Assembly: GCA_051294905.1 (NCBI GenBank)
Contig: CM119386.1
Coordinates: 20,584,001 to 20,648,000, forward strand
DNA: 64,000 nucleotides
Source: Botryllus schlosseri
Taxonomy: Eukaryota
Direction of reading: 5' to 3'
Below are positions 44,593 through 57,900 of this stretch, piece by piece; position 1 is the first letter of the stretch; each line of letters starts with the position of its first letter. A model generated the notes under the pieces. It saw only the letters and a list, made by a program, of their open reading frames with translations, did no database searches and was not told the origin of the DNA. A program made the position numbers and the translations under genes.

Positions 44593-45848
44593 ACCCTACT
44601 TATTCGGTGTTGCAAGAGTCGTGGGAGGATATGTATGCTCTTATTAATGAGCGATTCTCAACTTTTCGTACCTTTACTCATGTCAACGCCTTGTCTTGTG
44701 AGAATATTGCAGGAAACGTGATACTATCGACACCACCATGGGCAACGTCACTTCCCAATGTAGATTCCTCACTATCACTCTCAATTAGTAAAGAAACATC
44801 TCCAAAAACTGTCATAGTACTCTTCAAGGATCACATATCTGCGAACTATGAAGAACGCACTGAGATCTATACAGACGGGTCTAAAACAGAAACGGGATGC
44901 GGATATTCGGTTTACGTTCCTGCACAAAATATAAGTATTGCGTGCCCGCTTCCAAGAATTCTTTCGATCTTTTCAGTGGAACTCATTGCGATCAAACATG
45001 CCCTACTATGGGTACGGCAAAGTCAAGTTACTACGAAAGTTGCAATATTCAGCGATTCCTTGAGTGCATTGGACGCGATCAAACATTCGGGACTATATCA
45101 CACGGCACTGGTGAATGAAATTATTGAGCTGAACCATCAGTTGCGAACAGCAGAAATCACCATATCGTTTGTATGGGTGCCTGGACACTCCGGAATACGC
45201 GGTAATGAATCTGCAGATCAATTAGCTAGGGCGGGAGCTGCTAATACACACATACGTCGGAATCATGCTATCCCACTCGCCGACGTACGGTCGTACTTGC
45301 TAAAGAGCTGCAAAGATGAGTGGGACCGCATTTATCAATCCACAGATACTGGGAGAGCGTACAAAGATCTGCGACCCTCGGTACATGACAGACTATCGGA
45401 AGTGGATACAAGGTTGGGAAATTCGATTTTGCTGCGGTTAAGAACGACGCATTGCAGACTAAACCACCATCTCAACAAGATTGGATGCATCGACTCGCAA
45501 CTGTGCGAAGCATGTGGTATTGAGGAAACCGTAGAGCATTATCTCATGAATTGTAGAAAATACCGCTATCAAAGAGAACGCTTACGACGTCATGCAGAGT
45601 CGAAGAATGTAAATTTCGACATGCGAACCCTACTGACTGATCCACAAGTACTGCGATATGTTGTTGAATATGTTAGATCGACTCGAGGAATATTGTAAAA
45701 CCTTTTTATGTGCATATGTGTAGGCCTAACTATCTCAGTTATATATTATGAACTTTCTGTTTAACTTGTTTCTGTCCGTGGCGCAAAAAGCCTTCAGTTG
45801 TGATAAGCGCCACTCATGCCAATGTTTTTACCTATAATAATAATAATA
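44593..45848 (+). mobile_element. 5'-truncated I-group (RNase H-bearing) non-LTR retrotransposon
   Basis: RNase H IYTDGSK...ELIAI...SDSLSAL...WVPGHSGIRGNESAD; C-terminal CEACGIEETVEHYLMNC; (TAA)n tail; exact 12-bp TSD AGTGACGGGCCA at 44581-44592 and 45849-45860. Confidence 0.92.
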
Positions 45849-47190
45849 AGTGACGGGCCAGATTACTTTGGTACGTTCTAAACTCGGCTGTAAGTCGTTA
45901 GGTTAACTTTACTGCATCTCTTTGTTGCCGTATGGCCACGATTATGAAATTTGACTCTTTGTAACTTCCTGAAATCGCATCGCGCATCAAGCTTCGAATA
46001 TTCACTCTATCGGGCCATATTTAAAATGTTGCCGCAGTTCGCTGAATATAGCCGCGGCGTCGAATTCATATTTCGATTCAATCAAAATGGCCGACGAATT
46101 ATTCTTCTGTCAATTTATGGTTGTTTCTAGCAATTATCCTTGTTACACGTACACCACATTAATACCCTCAAGTTCAGATTACTCTACACTACAATTCTAC
46201 CTTTTTCTTTACTCTTACACGTCAAATTTTGGTGGTATTAAGTTCATTTGTTCCGTATAAGTTCAAATAAACTTCAATAAAATATATGCCTCGTCATAAC
46301 ACACTTCTTTTACAACCATTCTCTCGAATTTCATACAGTGTTCACCGTGTAACAGAGGGTATTAAATGCACTTGTACCAAAAATACAATGAACTTGTCAT
46401 AAGCAGTTACCAGTAACCTACCTATGAGAGATGAGAATGATGCATCTGATGACCCGATATTGTTTTTCTGCTGATATCTTGCTTGGTGGGAAGGTAATTC
46501 AAGTAAGCCAACTGGTGATTATAATGAAAGGAATTAGGTGGAAAGAGTACATTTTCATATTCATGCATGACATAGATAGAGCTATTGTTGGGTACCGGTA
46601 TTCAAACTGGTTCTGTATTTAGTTTTACCATTATGCAGTAGCTGCATATTTATAATTTGGATTTTCATTGTTTGAATGAAAGGAACTCTTCTGATATCTT
46701 TCCGGCGTCACATTTTTTGTAAATGTGAGAATTGACTATGAATATATTCGGGACTAATGCACGATGCAACGTAACTCGTAGAAATGTAAGGCCAAGGACA
46801 TAGGAGTATGTGCATTTTCCGCCCGCATATCTGTTGTCATGGTGCACACTATAGCCTATGACGACAGTGTCATACAAATGATCGCATGATCGAAGCACCA
46901 CATGATTCATATTTCCGATTGTTAATTACAGGCCTTATGGGTATTCTTTCCGGTGATCTTCCCGCTAGTTTAGAGAAACGATCCACCGAATATTAGCCTT
47001 TTGGGATTACGTCAATTTTCATTCTTCAAATCTGAAATATGTTGCTAACAGATAACTATATTATTACACCCGCCTTTAAACCAATTAAACTGTAGCCTGG
47101 TCTATAATGACAAAAACCCACGGCTTTGTCTAGCGATTATTCACTTTATTAATTCTCAGACCGTTTTATACTATGTAATGTCACCTTATT

Positions 47191-50100
47191 TTATTCCTCT
47201 AATCTCAATAATACCCCAGGGATCGATTCTTTACACAAAATAACTTCTGGATTCGGTGATTGCCAAAAGTGATATCCCAATCGTCGCAATACTTGAGGTT
47301 GTGCGCTCACCACCTTCTGTCGATGCCTATCTTTAATCTCAGCACGACTATTTGTGAAATGTATATAGCGGCGATTCATCGATTTTAATTCACCCTGTAT
47401 TATGGACTTAACATTTTCTTGTTTAGTTATGTGGAATAAAGTCTCGTTGCCTTTATATTCATCATATTTAGGCGTCTGTCCAAGAGTTTGCCCATGTGCC
47501 GCTGCCACCCCCGTCTCGTTTAAAATTGCACGTCTGCAATTTAATAACACATTTTTGAATTCGTCAATCGGGAAATTGATGTCGAAACTTTCAAGCAATA
47601 TTAGCTGAACTTGTTTCCATGGATGGTAGCCATTTTGCACATGTTTACAAGACTCATGCCTACAATGTTGTAGTAACCGTCGACATATTTGTTCTGCAAT
47701 TTTGTTTGAACTCACTTCACCCCCAGTTGTATCGCCCCCTTGATTATCAGCGACCACCGTCCACACGCCTGGGTCTTGGTCATCCGCCGCGAACTGCATC
47801 CAATAAGATCGAGACAGACCATCCGATGTGAACACTTCATCTGTTTTCAAATTAATAACTCGTTTTATCTGAAAACCGGACAAATAACTCAACCATCGTT
47901 GTAATAACAGGTCGGGGCTAGGATGCTTTGCCCGGCTGCTCATCCTCTGAAGTAGTCCATATACTCCAGCGTTATCTGTGATTATTGTAAAAGGAGTACA
48001 TCGTAAAGTAGTTTGCCATTTTTCAACCGAATCACGAAGTGCCTTCAACTCTTTAGTACAAGCATTATACGCTCGCGCGGTAGAAGTGACCCACTTATGG
48101 CTATAATATGCAAGAGGATACACCGCGTCGAAAGGGTGTGTGGCTCCCAGTTCTGTTTGGAACATTACTGCCCCAAACCCAACGTCTGAGGCATCAGTCT
48201 CCACAAACAATGGCAATTTGGGATCAAAATGAAACAGAATCTGAGGATCATCAAGACTATGCTGAATTATTTTAAAATCTTCTAAAAGTTGCCTTGTCCA
48301 AAATACGGGCGTTAATTTTGCCCTCGTTGCAGGCACATTTCCCGTGAGCGAATCAAAGTTCGCTAGTTTTACGCTTAGTTTTGGTACATGATCAGAAATA
48401 TACCGTATAGATCCTATCCACCCACGCAATTCGTAAATATTTCTTGAGGGCGCCATAGTTTTCAGCGCAAACAAGCGTTGAGGTTGGACTTCAATAGTGC
48501 AGCCGGTTATTGTAGAACCCAGCAGTTCGATTTTTCGTTTACCAAAATAACACTTATGTATACTAACCGTCAATTTCATTAGTGCAAGTTGCTCGAATAC
48601 AATTTTAAGAAGGATTAAATGATCATTCACATTTTTTGTACATAAAAAGATATCGTCAATATAAGCCTCAATTGGGTTTGAAAGTAATTCGTCCTTTCTA
48701 CCTTGGGACTTCATATAAGCCCTATATTTCTTAATAACTGGTTGTATAACCCCCTTTAAGACGTTGATAGTAAATAAGGCCCCACTAAAGAATAGCCCCA
48801 TGGGTAATTTCCGATATCTTATATAACGCCCTTTTACCGCAATTCCCAGGAAATGTCTTGATTCTTCGGCCTCGTCAATATGGAAATAAGCCTTTTGTAA
48901 ATCGATCAATGACAGGACTTCGCAACCTTGAGCCAATTGCTTCATATCTCTTACTAGCGGTATGGTCATTTCCATTATTCGGATTTTTGCATTTAATGGC
49001 TGCAAATTCTGTACTACACGCCATTTTGGGTCCACCCCTCAGATTTCATTTGGGCGCGGTTCACCTTTTGCGGAACCACAAATATAGGCAACATCCAATC
49101 CGCAAACCCAACTTCTGCAATACCAAGATGCAAAAATTTTTCAATTGCTTCTTCCAAAGCAGTTGATTGTTCTTTACCCCTTAAATTATAAGGCGAAGAC
49201 ACAAAGGGAGGAGTCGACTCATCTTTTAATTCTATTTTACATGGATACCTCATGGCTTGTTTTCCCTGCAAATGCCCAACAAGGTCTTCCAATTCTGTGG
49301 CAAACGGCTCATACACCGCTCTCCATGTTTTTTCGTCTAGATTAGTATTGGCGTCGTCATTAAGATCGGGTTGTTGGAATGGCGCTTTTGACAGCATTAC
49401 GGATTGCTTACGAAGTTCTTCCAACTCCAATCTAACCTCTATATCCGATTCATTTTGCAACACATATTCCGTTATTGGACCACAAAATACCTTTCGCGGG
49501 AAATATTTTGGCCTTTTATTTGTCGTTAAAAACGAGGCAAATAAATCTCCACTATGAGATTTTTGATGTTTCGGTACGCCTACGTCAACATCCACTTCGG
49601 GGCCTATTAGATCGAAAAGATCTTGCGTCCTAAAACTTTTCGACCCGTCGCACTCACATTTTACACCCAATGTGACCAAATTCCGTGCCTGCACTTCACC
49701 ACTATTTTCAGCGCAAACCCTAAAGGCGCTGTCGATATTATATTGGCACGGGTGCGACTTTCCAATTTCTAACGACCTAACATTCGAAACAGCTTCGCGA
49801 TTGCTGTTTTTCACGTTATTTCCTTGTTTGGCCAAGTTTTTTATTCCCCGCACTTCACCATCATATTCTATTACGGCATGTGTCGACAATGAACACGGAA
49901 CACCTATTTCGGACTGAGCCAGCTCGTGACTTGCAATTGACGGGCTCTTTAACACCGTATCAATTGAAGGCAGCGGTATAACCTTGTCTATCCAATGATA
50001 TCCAATAATATTTAACGGGACATTACCACACGCAAAAGGAATTGAAACCCCATCAATTTCTATATATATCAATGACTCGACCTGTGACGACCCACCTATA

Positions 50101-50414
50101 CCTTGTAAATTCATACGCAACGAACACCGCCTTCGCCAACTATTGGGATAAGCTAATCTCGCCATTGACGACATCATCAAATTTGGCACGCTTCCTGTAT
50201 CTGCTAAAAAATTTACATTAGTATTTATATCGACTAGGTACATCAATTCACCCCCAAAAAGCTTTGCGAAATTACATTCATCAGAATCTTTAATTTCCCC
50301 AAACATACTAAATAACGGTAATGACAAATTATTTATTATTCTCATAGTTCTATGTGGTAATAGTTCGTCTGCACACTGGTTCAAAAAATGACCCAGTGTA
50401 GCTAACCGTTTTTT
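47191..50414 (-). pseudogene. pol: Element B pol (PR-RT-RH-Tpt1-like) with a 1-nt frameshift near 49022-49030
   Basis: Collinear with element A Pol: FLADTGS, WRVVQNLQPLN, YIDD, VETDASDVG, HCRH...LFHIT...MNRRYIHF; WTQ(aa)WRVV lacks one base relative to WKQSWRVV. Confidence 0.9.
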
Positions 50415-50960
50415 GACAAATTCACCCCAGTTTTCAATTCAGAAGCCTACCAATGAGGAAAGGGCCGTTGCTGATCATTTGGAGGATAAACCACAGGATT
50501 AGCACTAGCCATTGGCGCCTCAATATTTGGCGGTTCAAAAATTGGTCTATTTCGCCAATTTAATGGATCACGGCGTTTGGGGCGCTTGTCAAAATATAAT
50601 TCGCATAACCGCGCTCTCTCTTGCAAACTGGGGGACCCTTGATCGGCGAAATATTGGTTTAAATCTTGGATTGTCATTAGCTTTCTGCGCTCCGGGTTTT
50701 CACCTCGGAGGAAAGATTCCCACTTAGATTTTACTTCTTCAAACAATGGACTTGGAAGTGGTTTCAAACGAGGGCGGACAATCCATTCACCCTCCTCATC
50801 TTTAGTAAGTACCAGTTGGTTAATCCAGAGAATTACTCGACATAAGCACTGTCTAACAGAATGGCCGACGCTTTTACATAAGTAGCACACCATTAACTTC
50901 AGGCCATTAGAAGGATGCGTATACAATCCAAGCTTTTCAAAGATGTTTGGGTACAAGTGA
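50400..50960 (-). pseudogene. gag: Element B gag 3' fragment, 5'-truncated, with premature TAG at 50447-50449
   Basis: PNIFEKLGLY...CYLCKSVGHSVRQC...QGSPSLQERARLCELYFD aligns with element A Gag C-terminus; HW*ASELKTGVNLSKNG aligns with HWTDEELEQGLRLSKND. Confidence 0.85.
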
Positions 50961-51235
50961 AGTAAACGCCGTAGACTTACACGGCACCTGTGTGAAACAT
51001 GAAAACATCGGCGTGTGCAGTGTTTTACCAGTAAATGAACAATGCTGTACTTGAACATCGAAAATATGGGCATTAGATTCACTAGGTCTCATATGGAACA
51101 AGTGAATTAAACACCCTGACCTACCTATAGCACGGGGACAAATAAGAGAGAATTGATTAGTGAAGCGCGGCCGAGAAAAAGGCGGTTCCTCGCAAACCTA
51201 CGACCCACGAACACCGTATCATTCCACTTCTGCAG

Positions 51236-52176
51236 GTCGGCGAAGCAGGACATACAACGTACTACGCCTGGTCGAGTCGGGAGCACTACGCGACGTGCGC
51301 GACTGCATACTATTTATGAGAGATCATGGGCTGTTGGTGCGAAAGATGAAGTGCCGTAAATGTGAGCGAGTAATGAAGGAGGAAACGACTACAACGATGG
51401 ACGACGGCTGGAGATGGAGGTGTAATCCTTGCAATACCACGGCGACCATACGCAAACATTCACTGTTCGCGGGAAGCAAGGTAGAACTCCCGAAATTACT
51501 GATATTGTGCTACTTTTGGGCCCACGACGCCCTACAGACTCAGATAGGCCACGAAGCCGAAATCAGCAAACGTTCGGTGGTTATATGGTGTGGCCGACTG
51601 CGGAAGATCTGCGCGTCTGAATTCCAGCGAAATAAAAGCCCCTTGGGAGGCGTTGGAGGTTGCGTTATCCTGGACGAGACTCACTTGGCAAAACGAAGGG
51701 CTGCTGCATCCGGCAAGCCGGCGATTAAAGCCATATGGGCTTTCGGAGGAGTGGACAAGGCGACGGGGAAGATGTTTGTGGAAATAACCGCTGACCGAAC
51801 GGCGGCGGTGTTTCGGCAACTCATTGTAGGCAACGTTGCCAGTGGATCTACGATTTTGACCGATGCCTACCCCTCTTATAAAGGAATAGAGAGCTGGGGA
51901 CGAGACTACAAGCATGGCGTCGTGGATCATAGCTCGACCTTCAAAAGCCCCGAGGGTGTCTGTACTAACGACGTGGAAGCATGTTGGAGCTCGCTGAAGT
52001 ACCACCTACATCGGTCCCGAGGTTTAGCACGCCACCTGTTGGCGGATTACGTAGGGGAATGGCTCTGGAAAAGACAACACCAGAAAAGTGACAGATTTCT
52101 TGAACTACTACGAACCATAAACAGAGACCCTCGGTACAGTTTTGACAAATACGACGCGAGCCCCGTGAAACTTTAG
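51236..52176 (+). CDS. Merlin/IS1595 (ISXO2-like) DDE transposase
   Basis: CRKC...WRWRCNPC; VILDETH, ILTDAYPSY, VDH, TNDVEACWSSLK; roughly two-thirds identical to 11113-12074 by eye; homology starts at the acceptor CAG 51233-51235. Confidence 0.9.
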
Positions 52177-52295
52177 TCGCGACCCATGACCTATCATAAA
52201 GAGACGTTTTGTTTGTGTTTTTCAGACAATAAACCGAACACTTTCGTAAATAATACCTAGCTTATGCAGTGGGCTGAGCCTCCTATTCCGCCCCA

Positions 52296-54884
52296 ATGGA
52301 CCACGCTGCTTATATTCTTCTTATCGCTCTTGGTGTCATTTGCCCACCTAATCGCCTGCTGCCTGCGGCGGCGGTCGGCGTGCGGGGATCCACAACTGCC
52401 ATAACGAACAGAGGACGGACCTTTACCCAGGGTAAACTAGGCGAACTGAATGGTTCTTTGCCCGAAGATTGGGTTGAGCTCAATGCTACACATTGGGAAA
52501 ACTACGATCTTATGACCATGTTCAATGGAACAAAGGAGCGACACGTGTACAGACGACCGGAATTATTCCATAGTCAATCTTTTGGCTACGTGGTGGCTGA
52601 GCGGATTTCGTTGCAACAAATGGCTTTCCCGCGGGGCCGCTATTGGACTAGCGTGCGAGATTTTGAGCGGAGGTGCTTATGCCAACGGGGACTAGGACAA
52701 ATTTCACCAAACCTTTCCTTCGCCATCCTGAATCAAGAAACACTATTCGTACGCCCAATTGGACATAACATCAGAATTCAGTGGTTTTGGGACGAAACCT
52801 GGGAAACCACTAGCGAACGATGGGAACCCAGACCGTCTTTTGACGAGTGGACCCACCTAAACGATACCTTGATGGCGATGACAAAATTCAAACTGGTCAT
52901 GTTGCGAACGTTTGCAGGCTTCTCGGCAGTAAGGGCGACTTGCCGAACGGAACGAATGACAGAAGAGACCTGGAACTGGACTAGGGTAAACCGATTGAAT
53001 AGGTATAACGCAAGCAGCTCCAGCGTCGCACATTGCTGGCGGGGCCGTATCGTCCAGAGTGAGGGGATATGGGAGACCTATTACGACCAGGAGACTGGTA
53101 GAAAGGTCTATCATCTTGTGGGGCCGCCCACAACTTCCGGTTCCCCCGGAACATGCGTTTTTTGCAACATTTGGGGGGAGGTCTCTGCTTTGGAGCCGAG
53201 TCAGGCGGACATAATAATACAAGAGGTGGATACCATCCGTGCGGATTCCCTGTGGGAACGACAATGGCGGCCCATGCAGAACTGTAGAGCTACGGCAGGC
53301 CTGATTTCCCAGGAGCACTATGACTATGTCTGGCGGGTCTTCCGATCCTCACCCGTGCCACCAAGGACGGGAATGCAAAAAATTGCACACCCCCCTTCCT
53401 GCAACCTATGGCCGGTCGTGAACCTCAGTAGATGGGGGGATTTACCAACCACGAAATTTCCTCGGAGGGTACGGTGGATACAAACATCGTTTCCAAATTG
53501 GAAAGGCCGAGATGAACAAGGTCTCAATTGGGATAGTTTTTTCGACGATTTTACTACACGGCCCCCGGCACCTTACAACGTTTTGCCAATTTGGCGGACG
53601 CATCCTTCTCTAGTCCGCGGTGATCCCGCGTGCGTAGAAAGGGTAAGATACAACCACTGCCAAGATCCGGTCGGGGGTCCAGAATTAAAATCTGCCTTTT
53701 GGAACCAAGTGCACTTCGATCCGGAGCGTAACCGACCACGCTTCCCAGGGGGACCGATCGAAATAAAAGGCGACATAATGGGGCGTGGACAACGGTTGCC
53801 CAAAAAGAAAAGGCACAGGAGGTTCTTCGGATTGCTCTTTCTACTGTTTGCCACCATTGCCACCATTGCTGTGGTGGCCACTGTTGCTGATAAACTACAC
53901 AAGGAGACTGAAGATCTAAGTAACCAAATCAATGACAGGATGATTCAGGCTACGGAGAGATCGACCGAACTAGGCATGAAAATAAATGAACTATCCCGGC
54001 TTCAGTCGGCACAGCAAACCAAATTGGATCGGTTGATCGCGAACATGGAGACCAGGGCCTCACTGACTGATAAACGACTGGTGTGGATGCAACGGATGAT
54101 GGAAAGAAATCGACAAATGATACTGCGACAGGCCACCGCGACCCTCTCACAGTTTCAAAATTTTAAAGAGAAAAGTGAAGCCGAACTCGCCATCGATCGA
54201 TTGGTCATGAGTGAATTGACCAACCTGACTGGCAGATCAATTTTTGATGCGAGCAAAATTTACCGGACACAAATTCAACATGGGACGTTGCGCGTACAGG
54301 AATACGCTCAGCAGCTCGCTGCCTATAGAGATGCTTATGTAAATGAGTCGGATGACATCGGCTACCAACTTCGAGCGAATCGGCTCCGTCTGGACCAGGC
54401 TCAGCAGGAGGTAGATCTTGGCATACAAGTATGGAGGGAAGACCTCAATAAGAGTGTGTACATGAATATCTCAGACTGGCGCTATGAAAACGTATCAGTG
54501 AAACCCTTCGAGTTTGCTGGGGGGGAGGAGTTCATGAAGAACTTCGGAAAAACTATAGAAGAAATGGCAAACGGGGCCGGAGGTGTGATAGAATCTGTCG
54601 GAAAGGGCGCGGGAACCTTGTTACAAAAGGGACTCGGGGCAGTCGGTGACATACTTGGAAAAGGATTGGGCGGTCTGTTCTCTGGTTTGGGTTCCATTCT
54701 ACTTCCCGTGGCCCTCATTCTGGGGGCAGGAATCATTCTGTTCTGCTGCATTAGGTATCACAGCGTATGCTGCCCTAAGCTAAAATCGAAGGTGCAGAGG
54801 AGGAACACTGGCACCCAGTTAACAATGTTCATCACGTCAGCACCCGCTTACACCAAGCCGCGCAGATTCATGATCCGACGGTGA
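52296..54884 (+). CDS. env: Envelope fusion glycoprotein, class I-like, 862 aa
   Basis: Signal peptide, KKKRHRR|FFGLLFLLFA, heptads, TM; closely collinear with 8381-10966. Confidence 0.9.
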   Translation: MDHAAYILLIALGVICPPNRLLPAAAVGVRGSTTAITNRGRTFTQGKLGELNGSLPEDWVELNATHWENYDLMTMFNGTKERHVYRRPELFHSQSFGYVVAERISLQQMAFPRGRYWTSVRDFERRCLCQRGLGQISPNLSFAILNQETLFVRPIGHNIRIQWFWDETWETTSERWEPRPSFDEWTHLNDTLMAMTKFKLVMLRTFAGFSAVRATCRTERMTEETWNWTRVNRLNRYNASSSSVAHCWRGRIVQSEGIWETYYDQETGRKVYHLVGPPTTSGSPGTCVFCNIWGEVSALEPSQADIIIQEVDTIRADSLWERQWRPMQNCRATAGLISQEHYDYVWRVFRSSPVPPRTGMQKIAHPPSCNLWPVVNLSRWGDLPTTKFPRRVRWIQTSFPNWKGRDEQGLNWDSFFDDFTTRPPAPYNVLPIWRTHPSLVRGDPACVERVRYNHCQDPVGGPELKSAFWNQVHFDPERNRPRFPGGPIEIKGDIMGRGQRLPKKKRHRRFFGLLFLLFATIATIAVVATVADKLHKETEDLSNQINDRMIQATERSTELGMKINELSRLQSAQQTKLDRLIANMETRASLTDKRLVWMQRMMERNRQMILRQATATLSQFQNFKEKSEAELAIDRLVMSELTNLTGRSIFDASKIYRTQIQHGTLRVQEYAQQLAAYRDAYVNESDDIGYQLRANRLRLDQAQQEVDLGIQVWREDLNKSVYMNISDWRYENVSVKPFEFAGGEEFMKNFGKTIEEMANGAGGVIESVGKGAGTLLQKGLGAVGDILGKGLGGLFSGLGSILLPVALILGAGIILFCCIRYHSVCCPKLKSKVQRRNTGTQLTMFITSAPAYTKPRRFMIRR

Positions 54885-54968
54885 TCAACTGCCTCCCAGG
54901 ACACCAGACTTCGACTCGGACTGACATTTGAACTTTTATGTACGACAGATTACTAGCTTAGACTAAAA

Positions 54969-57900
54969 ATGCGGATAACTACCTACCCAAACGGATGCGG
55001 GCCCGGACAGACCCTGTTGATGGTCGTATGGATAAGCTTCGTAAAACCCCAGACCAACGAAGCCCTACTCCCCTTATCTGTCATGCACGCGGAAAACATG
55101 GAAAATTTTAACCTTACGGGATGGACACTCCTGGGTGACCAGGTTCAAAGGACAGTAAGCCTGAATCAACTGTTTCGACTATCTGGAAAATGGCCGGAAG
55201 GTTTGGCGGAACGGAGATTCCCAATACTCGTCGAATCGCCCACCTTTGGACAGATGCGAGCAGGCCGTGGCCGACTGTACAAATTACTGGCAGATTTGAA
55301 TCACGGAGCTCGGTATTGGGACTCAGCGCGTGGATACGAACGAGCATGTAGGTGTGATCGACGGACGTCCGGAATATTACCGAACCTCTCCCTGCGGGCA
55401 TTGTTCGGGAATACCACGTACCATCGCAATAAAAGCTTCGGATTAATACACACCTGGGAGCATGAAAAAACCCCGGGTCAACCCTTCCCACTCGACCCTG
55501 GAATTCGACAAGTACTAACGGTATTGAAAATACTAGTTATGAATATGTTGGCACGATACGCAACGGTGAGATTGACGTGTGAGTTTCACTCGAACGGGGT
55601 TGAGGGATGGATAGTTAAAACGCACCGGTTTCAGACCTGTGCGAACTCCGAATCTCGCGGAATGAGTTGTGTGGGATGTGCGATTGCTGGACGCCGTCTC
55701 ATCGCCAATGCTCTGGGACGGGATATCGTGATTCTTGAAATCGACGACAGTATTAGGGGAACTGATGCAGATATACAGCTGACCGACTCGTACAACCAAT
55801 GGCCGGGCGGTGTCCCAGTACCTCTATTAGAAAGTGACCTAGTTTGGCTACGAGCTCGAAACAAGACGGGCCCTAGAGATAGGCCCGTGAATTTCGATGG
55901 CCATGGCCGGTACAGACGGAAGATTCACGCACTCATCAGGTTCCTGAATAGGGACGCCCAAACACTGAACAATGACAAAAACTTTCCCACCCTCCTGCAA
56001 GGGAGCTTACGATGCGAACGGAAAAAGAACAAACGGAAGTGCCGAAACGCCGTAGGAGGCCTAAAAGTGGCACTGGCATATGGGGAGGTGACATATGACC
56101 CCTACGAAAACCAGCCTGTGTTTGCAGACCACCGGTACGGCCGGATGTATATAACGTCGCTGGGAATTGACGATCAGGGAACGACGTCTCGCAACTCGTC
56201 CATGGGTCGACTACCCTGCGACCGGGCCGAGGGACTGAGACCCCTCATGGTGTCAGCAACCGCTGAAAATTCAGGACGAGAGAATAAAAACATAAAGGAT
56301 TGGCTGACTCGCCTGGGAGCGTTTTACGTAACAAGGGTGAGGAGGATCTTGGGCGAGGCAGCCGCTCCGATGACGAAGATGCGGGAAAACCACGCGGGTT
56401 GGAATCAGTCGTTGACACCGTTGGAAGTTTTGCCTTTCCAATGGGCCCTGAGGGTAAACCAGACTCGTGAGAAACAGCGCGATAAGGTGAATATGGCTTT
56501 ACTAAATTATATGGCCACACAAAAGTTGCGGGAAGCACGCCAATTCGAGCTGAAACTATTCAAACCCAGGACGGCTTATAAGGCCCTGCTGTGCGAAGGA
56601 AAAATGATCTACATTCCTCACGCCACATATCCAGCAACGACTACAGAACCGCTGCCACCACCGCTCACGCCCCGTGCTCGAACCAAAACGGCCAGTGCAA
56701 CTCCTACCACCCCACACGAGACCGATCGGGAAGAAGATTCCGATTTTGCCTACGATGAAGATTACTACGAGTACGCTTACGACTACAACAACAGTTGGTA
56801 CGAGCCCGAGTATAACGAAAGTGGTTACGGGGACTATTATAGTGACGAGTACTCTGCAGTGGCCGAAGAAGAAACATCTGATAGGCTGCTCGTTCACAGG
56901 TCCACGATTGCGACCACAAGGGGTACGCAACCCACGTCTCTATCATCGAGTGAGGTCTCAGCGATTGCGCAGGAAACTAGCGTCAGAATAACAACACCAG
57001 TAAGAGTTCCCGTAAGCTCAACGACGGGATTCGAATCAACGAATCACCGACTGGCAACCCGCAGCGTTGCTTGGCCAACTCATGTTAGTACATCTGAGAT
57101 ACTCATGACGACGCAATCCCAAACCCCGGCAGCACCCGGACCGTTCACGACGCAACAAACAAACCCGGTAACAACCTCCCGTAGCGGGACTGGCGATACC
57201 TTGCAAACGGACTCCCGACCTACGTCCGGTTCTACTACAACGAGCCCTCCCACAGTAGATAATCAAACTTCGGCCGAGTTTTTTACGGGCACCTCTGGTG
57301 TGTCCACTGTACCAAAAATGAGCGCGACACTCACGAAGATGACTACTTGGGAAACAACGAAGGTCACACTTCTGCAAGAGACTACTCATCAGACCCGCGT
57401 ACCTGTGGCTTCAGAACTGTCAGCGGTAGAAACGACTGTATTTGAACCTGCAACTATTACAGACGCCACAGCGCCGCGGACAACTGAAGGCACGTACTGG
57501 CTCCCTACTACAACCGTCACCACAGAAAACACCGTCTTTCCTGACACTACAACGCATCTCGCAACTACCCGCCTTAGATATTCGGAAAAACCCAGTAAAC
57601 AAACTCGAAGAACGCCGTTGCTCGGTCAAGAGACCGCGTTTGCGGCGGTGGAAGCGTCTCCTGAGGGACCCACTACGTTCGTTCCGTCAATGTCCACAAC
57701 CGAAGCCTTGATTGCGACGACGCCTACAGCCATTATCAGTGTGGCCAGTTTGAAATTGGCACAGGGGGATTCGACGGTGAACACCAAAGGGTCCCAAATC
57801 ACATCGACCCCCCGCGATACTACTACAGATTTAGTAAGGTATACGAAACGGGTCGAGACGACCGCAGCGGCCATGGCAACAACCGGGAGTACCGCTGCAG

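Noticed and set aside
47175-47182. GTAATGTC just after the element B pol stop, matching the 8 nt beside the element A PBS (18912-18919)
   Set aside because: An 8-mer is expected about twice by chance in 64 kb on both strands, and the match does not extend.
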